Shown here piece after piece: positions 54,331 to 64,000 of a stretch of DNA of 64,000 nt. The notes under the pieces were generated by a model. The model was not told the DNA's origin. It searched no databases and worked only from the letters and a program-made list of their open reading frames with translations. Source of the DNA: Octopus sinensis (Eukaryota); assembly GCF_006345805.1 (NCBI RefSeq), contig NC_043008.1, positions 17,856,001 to 17,920,000 on the forward strand, given 5' to 3'. How positions within the stretch are numbered: the first letter of the stretch is position 1; the number at the start of each line of letters is the position of its first letter. The position numbers and the translations under genes were made by a program.

Positions 54331-55265
54331 ATCCCGCTCTCTCTCCTACGTTCAATAGCTAGAGTCTTACTATACCTAATCGACTCTACTCTAATTGCTC
54401 TCTTGAGGGCAAACCACCAGTTGTTGTTGATGATTGCCCCCGTGAGCGCCCGCTTAACTAGTAAACTAATCCGGTCTCTGTAAGCTTTGCACGCCGTTAA
54501 CGACGCGTTCAGCTTCCAGTAGCCGGGTCCCTGTCTATGTAGCCTATCTAAGTCGACCGTACAGATCACTAATTTGTGGTCTGTATATTCGACTAGGTGG
54601 AATTCTGGACACCCTACGCTGTCCTTATCCGCTGGCCTACAAAACACTCTATCTAAGTACGATCTAGACGACCCGATGCGGTTTGTCCAAGTCCACATTG
54701 GCACATTCGGGTTGTCTAGTCGAAACCTGTCGGACAGCTGAAAGCGGCCGAGTAGGTTGGCGAGGCTCTTGCACCCTACCCCTCTCCTATCAGACGCTCC
54801 CCTGCCCACCCGATCGAAACGTTCGTCTAAGACAGCGTTCCAATCCCCAACTAGCACTAGAGCGCGTGACGTTCCCAGGAAAACTTCCAGACGTTTGAAA
54901 TAATCCGACTGCCCTGCTCCTGTCGGAGCGTAGGCAGCCAGCAGTCTGAAAGCACCGCCGTCACTACCGTCCACGTCGAGGACCACCAACTTACCTTCCG
55001 GATCCAGAAGACTGTCCTTATTTTCAGGTCCAGGCCCTTCCGAACAACACCGCAGTACCACCACGCCCGCTCCCGGCCGACAAGGAGATAGAAATATCTC
55101 GTATCCGCCGAAAAGGGCTGCGAGTTCCTGCGGGTCGGAGAGCCTGGTTTCACTGATGGCTGCTACATCCACATCATGAAACCTCAGGTCGTTTAACAGG
55201 TGACCCTGTTTCCAAGGTGACCCGAGGCTTCTCACATTCAAGCAACCGATTCTAAGATTTGCCAT
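54327..55265 (-). pseudogene. LINE ORF2 N-terminus: apurinic/apyrimidinic-type (APE) endonuclease domain
   Basis: Contains LNVRSL, ISETR, AYAP, LVGDWN, DRF, WTW, SYLDR and TDHK motifs, followed by GPGYWKLN, in an uninterrupted 312-aa ORF. Confidence 0.93.
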
Positions 55266-55305
55266 GTTTCAAAAGTTAGGAAAAAAAAAAAGGAGAAAAA
55301 AGTCT

Positions 55306-56098
55306 CTACTTACTGTTGTTGGTGGTGGGGGTGGCTCCCTTGTGCTTTTGCACGGGTGCTTCAACAATATTTTTATAAAGTTTCTTAGAGAAACTTTTCC
55401 CTAACGATCCCACATCGTTAGGGAATATTTGTTTAATTTCATTGTATACTGTATTGTTTATTTTTATTGTGAGAATGTGTGCTGGTGGTGTGTTGTGTGT
55501 AGGTATTATGAAATCTGTAATGTTTGTGCTTGTTTTGTTTTTCAAATACTCAACCAGTTCTTGTTTTTTTGTATTTATCGCTGTAATCGTTTCGGTAATG
55601 TGTCTGTGTTTGTTTGTGTCTGTGGCAGTGGCAGTAGTGGTGTCGAAAGTGTTGTTGTTGTTGTTGTTGTTGTGAATGTGTGTTGTTGTTGATGTTGTTG
55701 TTGTTGATGTTGGAAGTACTATTTGTTCGTGCTTCCCCTGTAAATCTTTTTGTTTTTTCCTCCTTTCTTCTTTGGAGGCACTATTTCCATTCTCCTTTGT
55801 TGGAATCAGAGCTCGCACAATCCGAGATCTCTTCATCCGGCAAAGGAATGGTTGAGGGGTCTGCTTCAGTAGCAGGACGAAAGGTTTTTGGTTCCGCCGG
55901 TATCGGTGGTGCCGCTGCTCCTGTTGCTGTTGGTGTTGCTGCAGTTGATTTTCGAGGTACTGGTGTCGGTGTTGGTTTGGTGTTGTTGTTGTTGTTGGAG
56001 GTGGTGTTGTTCGTCTTGGTGCTGGTGTTGGTGCTGGTGTTGTGTGTGGCAGCCTTTGGTGTTTCTTGCTGTTTTTGTTGTTTCTTGTTTGTTGCTTG

Positions 56099-56132
<34 letters not shown>

Positions 56133-57153
56133 GCTGCTGCCTCTTGCTGAAAGCCTCCATCCTCTTTTGTGAATGGGACAGTCCCTCTTTAAGTGGCTTT
56201 CGCTGCTGCAGAGGAAACATTTTGGCTTTCGCCCCTCTACAGCAACGTTTAGCCTGGTGCCGTCCGGCAAACTTACGAAATCAGGGACTTTACTGATATT
56301 CTCTTGCTGAATTTGCGCAAGAAGCAGCAATCCCATCCCCAACCAGTTTTTCGCCCTCACTCTCCTGACATCTAGAATGGTGGTAGTGTCCTCTATATCA
56401 TAGAGGACAGCTGCCACCAGCCATGACATATCTAGCTCAGGGGGGGCGAGGTCGATTTTTATTTTTGTTACTCTTCGCCCGAGGTGGGTCGGAACTAGTA
56501 ACAAATTCTGTTTGCAAGGGCGAAATGGCGTTCGCCCTTGCAAGCTCTTCTGTTGGGAAGCGAACCTCCACGGTTCCAAAACGCTTCCCCTTGGTTACGT
56601 AGCTCTTTTGGGCCCAAATGGGCTTTAGAGCTATCTCTAACTGTTGGGGTGTGGCATTTGTTATTCTTTTTAGTTTTCTGTCGAAAACTTTGTATATGAT
56701 TGTTTTCTTGTTTGTGCTTTCAATCACCTCTTGTGGAGTATTGAGGAAGATGCCATTGCCATCCTTCCTCAACAACTCCTTCGCTCTTTTCACATCTTCT
56801 AGAGTTATCTTAACTTCCTCCGAAATTTGCTTCGCAGCAGAAGCAAAATTGTTGGAAGTTTTTTCATTTTTCTCCGTGTCAATGTTTGTAATAATTTTTG
56901 TAATTGTTTTTCCTTCCTCCTCCTTCCGTACCAAAGCATTGGGTGAAGGCAGAGGGGGAAAATCGGGAATTACGTCGAACGCGACGTCCTGGCTTGCATT
57001 CTCCTTTTGAACGGAGCGCGTGCTCTCCGGTTCGGAAGGAGGATCTTTGTTGCCTTTTAAGGCGTGAAGTGGGTGTTTTGGACGAGTTGTGTGTGTTTGC
57101 GGAGGGAATGTATCTTGAAGGAAGGAACAGCCAACTGTTCGCTTCATAGCCAT
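55306..57153 (-). pseudogene. LINE ORF1 (gag-like nucleic-acid-binding protein), split by frameshifts across ORFs 56437-57153, 55866-56579 and 55306-56220
   Basis: GKRFGTVEVRFP (RRM-like), then LNVAVEGRKPKCFLCSSESHLKRDC (CX2CX4HX4C knuckle), then a Q/T/N-rich low-complexity tail. This is typical Tx1/L1 ORF1 architecture. Confidence 0.85.
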
Positions 57154-57380
57154 GATTTTTTTGTAATATTCAAAAAGTTTAAAATGTCAAATGTTCAAAA
57201 TTTCAAAACGTAATTTCACCCCGAATGGGGCAAAATTTCGCCCAACCGACGAGCTCCGCAAGAAGCCGGTCGGTTTGGCTGCAAAAATATTTAAAAATAT
57301 CAAAACTTATCAATAGATTTCCAATGAAATTGGTGCCAAATTCACGGAGCCTTTTCAGACACGTCCATCGGCGTCGGAAG

Positions 57381-57463
<83 letters not shown>

Positions 57464-57569
57464 TAATAGGGAGTATAACTCCAAAATTACAGGGAAAAAT
57501 TCAATTTAGTACTAAACCAATTTTCACAATATAAATATAAATATATATATAAATATATAATTATCTCTA

Positions 57570-57614
<45 letters not shown>

Positions 57615-57617
<3 letters not shown>

Positions 57618-57775
57618 GACGGGCTCCTTTCAGTTTGCGCCTGTGAAATCTGCTCACAAGTCTTTGGTGAGCACGAGATTAAACTAGAATCCTCGAGCTC
57701 AAGGTACCACGCAGTGGGACTGAACTCAGTACCATATTGTGGGGAAGCAAACTTCCTATCACACAGCCACGGCAT
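57615..57775 (-). mobile_element. Family A SINE, 5' half, diverged
   Basis: acgacgggctcctttcagttt..gcagtgggactgaac..cacacagccac. Confidence 0.75.
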
Positions 57776-58406
57776 GTGACTATGTATAAATACATATCAA
57801 GAAAGAAAGAAGCAAAAATTAAAAGAAATATAACAGAAAAATAGAAAAAGAAACACCAGAGAAAAATATGAGAATAACGTACATACAACAAATTGATAGA
57901 TAAAAAGATAGATAGATAGATATACATAGCGACAGAGAGACATAAAACGCTTGCTTCCGAATGTATGTTTGTGACCATATATGGGATAATACAATGCATT
58001 ACAATAGAAAGACATATGAATAAAATAGAAGTTAAAACTACCAAGTTCTGACTGTAAACTATCTCCAGAACAACCCTAATCATTTATCAAAAATATATAA
58101 CTGATGCGTGAACATATGTGGCCAAATGAAATATTTGTAAACTAATGTTATTAAACAATCTGCGGTAAGCATTAAATTTTATCGAAACTACATCAAGTAT
58201 GGATCTACAAATGAAAACATTGACAAGATTGGTCATAGATAACTTTGTATTGCAAATAAACTACTATTCGTATCTGGTTGAAACATGTGCATAGACAACG
58301 ACAGATACACACATACACACACACACATATATACCGGCATATATCCAAGCTACCGTTTGCAAAACTGTATCTATAGGAAATATTACAATAGGTATAACTA
58401 ACATAC

Positions 58407-58448
<42 letters not shown>

Positions 58449-58855
58449 TAAAATATGAAGTATATACATAGAGAGAGATAATATGAGATATATACATACA
58501 TACTAATATATATATAATGTATACATATATACATGTGTGTATATATATACATATGCATACATTCATATATGCATCTGTCTACGTATGTGAATATGCAAAT
58601 CAACGCACATATGTTTGAAATTGAAAGGGAATATAGGTAGTAACAAATACATAACTACGTACGATAAAACATTGTATTCGAGTATAGAGCATACAAATAT
58701 AGGACTGGAAAACTTCTGTACAATTATGCAAATTGAAATATACTTATACGTATATCTATTAAGGTCTATGCAAAGACGTTTCCAACAGAGAAAGAGAAGC
58801 ACACACACACACACACATATACATACACACACATATATTTGCACCCCTGTGTGTG

Positions 58856-58897
<42 letters not shown>

Positions 58898-59000
58898 CAC
58901 ATATATATAACTACTATACATATGTATATGCTTATAAATATAATATACATACACATGCATATATGGGTACAAGACGTCGTCTGTATGTGTGTACGCGAAG

Positions 59001-59059
<59 letters not shown>

Positions 59060-59399
59060 AAAAGAGTGTCTAATAGATACAATCTTGTATTTGTATCCAT
59101 AAAGATATGCTGAGTAATACGTTTCTTTGTCATTTGTAATATAGTAACATCGTCTTACAATCATATTAAAGCATCTGCAATAAGATCCACGTTTTATCTC
59201 GTTCTGTTTAGAATTCTCTTCATGTATATTATTTCCGAAACAACATGGTGAAACTTTTTTTTGCAATACTTCAATATTTGTAGAAATTAATATAGAAAGA
59301 GTGACACAAGCCAACACATTTAGACGTGCACGCGCACAGTCATACATACAAACACATAACAGTAAAGATTTTTGAGCGTAATGCATGAATATGTATGCA

Positions 59400-59495
59400 T
59401 GTATACGTGTGTACCTCTGTAGTCTTACATAGTCCCATTAAAATTTTTGCGTGTGCATAAATATGTATATATATGTATTATATATATATATAATA

Positions 59496-59528
<33 letters not shown>

Positions 59529-59831
59529 ACATATATATGATATATATATGTATATATATATGTTTATATTTATATACATATACAAATTTATATTTATATG
59601 CATATATATACATATATATATATATCTATGAATATGTGCGCATATATAAAATATATGCTATATATAACTATATGTATTTGTGTATATAGGTATTCATGTA
59701 TATACACCTATTTTACATCTTACGTACACATGAGATATATGCTTTTATATAAAAGTAGCATATATATGTGTGTATGTGTGTATGTGTATACAAAGAGAGA
59801 GAAAGAGAGATATGTATATATATACATACCC

Positions 59832-59867
<36 letters not shown>

Positions 59868-60260
59868 CATACATTTATGCACAACTATATATCTGCACAT
59901 TTACATACATCATAAATGCATAATAATATATGTATGTGTTTGAAAATTGCGCGTGTCGCTGTGTATATGCATGTTTGTCTGTATATGTTTGTGTGTGTGC
60001 GTGTGTGTATGTGTCTGTGTGTATGTATACGTATATATATATATATATATAATATATATATATCTATGTATACGATATATATATATATATAATATAATAT
60101 ATTATATATATATATATATAATATATATATACATATAGGCACATTTATATACACTTATATACATACATATATATATATATATAGGCAGATTTATATATAC
60201 TTAGGTACATATATATATATATATATACACATATACATGCATGCATACATTCATATGCAT
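59400..60260. repeat. Degenerate (TA)/(CA)/(TG) low-complexity field
   Basis: Direct inspection. Confidence 0.95.
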
Positions 60261-60931
60261 ATCTCTATCTATGTATCATATGAAATTATTGATCTCCTTA
60301 GAGAGCATGAAAATAGATAAATAGAAGTACAGGAAGAGAATTAATATTTCAATCTCTGAATTGGCAAAAAATCAACTGTAAATAAATTTGGCAAATAACC
60401 AAATATTGTATATCCATGCATTCATCTGATAGCAGAAGATAGAATCAATATTTGATTCGGAAATGGATACTTTGCCGTATAATCTTTCATGTTAAAGAAT
60501 ATCGTCGCATAAAACGACTCTTAGAAAAATGGTTTCGTATATACACCCGAATATATCTCATCTTACGTAAAAGAACCTTGAGATTAGCGTACATATTCCT
60601 TAGACAGAAAGGAAACTACGAAAGAAAATTTTCTATCTCACCCCTCTCTTTCAATCTCTCTCTGTCTCTCCCTCTTTCTGCCTTTTCTCTCTCAAGTCTC
60701 CTCCTCTCTACTCTCTCAACTTCGTCCCTACTTTTTCTCCCCCGCCTCTTTGAAAACATACATATGCATGTCTGTTTTTGTGTAGATGCACAAAACATTC
60801 ATATGATGTATATACACACACAGTGCACGGACTCTGTGTGAATAGCCTGCTGGGAAATATGTTTTCCTGGGATTTAAGCGACAGTAACATCATCCTTTAT
60901 GGGACCGCTACACTCTGTTTGCAAATAAACT

Positions 60932-61900
<969 letters not shown>

Positions 61901-62019
61901 AAAACGGGTCTAATATAGAGTTATGAGAGAGAAAAAGAGAGAAAGAAACAAACATACAAACAGAGACAGACAGAGACGGAAAACATCAAAGTGTATGAAT
62001 TCAACTATTTTGACCAAGG

Positions 62020-62288
62020 ATTCTTGTGTGGCAAAATAACAACCACTAAAATGTCACAGTTATGAAAAGCATGTAAATTTCCAAACGTGCAATTATGAAA
62101 GATTAATTGTAATTTAATTCAATTTATCTTTTTTTTCCTTATTGCGTGACTAAAATTGATATAACTTGAAACCAGCATCATAATTTGATAAAAATATAAA
62201 TACTGTCCTCCGTTTGTACACGAGAACGTTCTCAAAGCGTTTCCACATATTCTTGCTAATAGATTGAACGAGAATCTCTTCCTCCAGT

Positions 62289-62327
<39 letters not shown>

Positions 62328-62701
62328 AACAATTACGCACACACACATAATTTAAATAAGAGTAACGACTGAATAGTGCCGCAGTGTAGAAGACGACAAA
62401 TGTCTTTTAAAATACCATGTTTATCGCTACTGATAAAATCCTATATAGATTTTATCTTTGATTATAATATATATAATATATATATATATTATAATATATA
62501 TATATATATATAATATATATATATATATTATATATATTATAATCAAAGATAAAATCTATATAGGATTTTATCAAGTAGCGATAAACATGGTAGTTTTAAA
62601 GACATTTGTCGTCTTCTACACTGCGGCACTATTCAGTCGTTACTCTTATTTAAATTATGTGTGTGTGTGTCATTGTTTATATATATATTATATATAATAT
62701 A

Positions 62702-62745
<44 letters not shown>

Positions 62746-63035
62746 GTGTGTGTGTGTGTGTGTGTTGTACTGGAGGAAGAGATTCTCGTTCAATCTATTA
62801 GCAAGAATATGTGGAAACGATTGAGAACGTTCTCGTGTACAAACGGAGGACAGTATTTATATTTTTATCAAATTATGATGCTGGTTTCAAGTTATATCAA
62901 TTTTAGTCACGCAATAAAAAAAAAAAGATAAATTGAATTAAATTACAATTAATATTTCATAATTGCACGTTTGGAAATTTACATGCTTTTCATAACTGTG
63001 ACATTTTAGTGGTTGTTATTTTGCCACACAAGAAT
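62020..63035. repeat. ~1 kb near-perfect palindrome centred on a (TA)n tract
   Basis: 62020-62470 is the reverse complement of 62537-63035 with only a few substitutions and indels. ORFs 62119-62346(-) and 62746-62931(+) translate nearly identically. Confidence 0.97.
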
Positions 63036-63290
63036 ATATAACAATTCAATAAAGATGTTATTCACACCATATAGAAAACAGATACTATAAATTAAATCCA
63101 TAAAGTACAATCAATTGTAAATAGCAGTAAAAAGACAAGATAAGTCATATTTTTATTTTCAGAAATGTTGTAAAATGCTTTCCGATTATTTATAGTTAAT
63201 ACACGTATTTTTCATATATTTATTTGATAATTATTATAAGTTAAGATAAGTACATTTACTCTATTATTATTATTTTATTATCTATTAAAT

Positions 63291-63411
63291 TAGACCTGAT
63301 GATTGACTATATTTTTAAATAGAATTAATTATAGTTCGATTCAGTTTTGAATCGAATTGATTTTATCATTATTATTTATTTGAAAATATAGACATGAAAC
63401 GTGCGTAGTCT
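63291..63411 (+). ncRNA. Type I hammerhead ribozyme-like motif with extended stem II
   Basis: TAGAC-CTGATGA-..TGACTATATTTT..AAAATATAGACA..-GAAAC-GTGC-GTA/GTCT. Stem I AGAC/GTCT, GUA cleavage triplet, internal 9-bp hairpin TTCGATTCA/TGAATCGAA (63335-63356). The first stem II pair is a T-T mismatch. Confidence 0.6.
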
Positions 63412-63570
63412 TTTTAATAGTATTTACTATTTATTGTACTTTATTGATTTAATATAAGTTTTTTTTTAAACTGAATGTGATCTCGAAAATGTAAGTTGTT
63501 TGTGCAGTAAGTATTTGTCTTTAAACAGTCAATATTTTAATGTCTTTTAAAATTATTTTCAAGTCATTAA

Positions 63571-64000
63571 TTTCCGTAAAAAAATTTATTTCTTTATTTT
63601 GTTTTAAGTGAAAGAGAGGAGAAAATGAAAGATATATGGACGTGTATATGAAATGGACGTGTGTGTGAGAGAGAGAGAGAGAAGGAGAGAGACAGAGAAA
63701 GGGAGAGAGAGAAAAAGAGAGACAGAGAAAGAGTGAGAGAGAGAAAGATTGAGTCAAGTGGTGCGTTGTATTGCATATGTACCTACATCAATATATCCTT
63801 TTGTATGTACGGGCGCTTGTGAGTGAGTATGTGAGAGAGAGAGATTGAATGTGTGTGTTCTCATGTATTTGTAAGTGGCACTCTCTCTCTCCCTCACACA
63901 CACACACACACGTCCATTTCATATACACGTTCATATATCTTTCACTTTCTCCTCTCCTTCAATTTAAAACAAAAAGAAATAGATAAAAAATTTTAGGGAA
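63571..64000. repeat. Inverted repeat (arms ~63571-63680 and ~63883-64000); may extend beyond the window
   Basis: gagaggagaaaatgaaagatatatggacgtgtatatgaaatggacgtgtgtg vs cacacacgtccatttcatatacacgttcatatatctttcactttctcctctc. Confidence 0.9.

Larger units (their letters stand above)
52788..57381 (-). mobile_element. Tx1/L1-clade non-LTR retrotransposon (5'UTR-ORF1-ORF2-3'UTR), frameshifted and internally deleted after the RT core
   Basis: ORF1 has an RRM-like segment and a CCHC knuckle; ORF2 has APE and RT motifs. AATAAA (plus-strand tttatt, 52797-52802) is followed by an (ATT)n tail. The segment is visibly GC-richer than its flanks, and (AAT)n tracts lie on both sides. Confidence 0.92.

Overview
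AT-rich eukaryotic genomic DNA, dense in microsatellites and transposable elements. It is most likely from a coleoid cephalopod (Octopus-like), inferred from the SINE families and the extreme (AT)n/(AC)n/(AAT)n/(ATC)n load. Nearly all ORFs in the supplied track are microsatellite artefacts. The supportable content is: (1) a 4.6 kb Tx1/L1-clade LINE on the minus strand (gag-like ORF1 with CCHC knuckle; ORF2 with APE endonuclease and RT), frameshifted, lacking the post-RT region and sitting between two (AAT)n tracts; (2) five decayed Tc1/mariner elements, one a fold-back made of two 5' ends; (3) two fragments of a non-LTR element of the restriction-like-endonuclease type; (4) several MITEs and about 20 tRNA-derived SINE copies from three families; (5) a tRNA-Glu 3' half; (6) a chain of small, phase-compatible candidate exons on the plus strand (best at 25.5, 36.5 and 44.1 kb), suggesting the window is mostly intron of an unidentified gene. 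The most notable finds are type I hammerhead-ribozyme motifs (one minimal motif at 10.95 kb and a three-copy AT-rich repeat family at 7.07, 29.6 and 63.3 kb), a near-perfect 1 kb palindrome at 62.0-63.0 kb, and an unusual load of other long inverted repeats. No database search or folding calculation was run; all family assignments come from motif recognition by eye.
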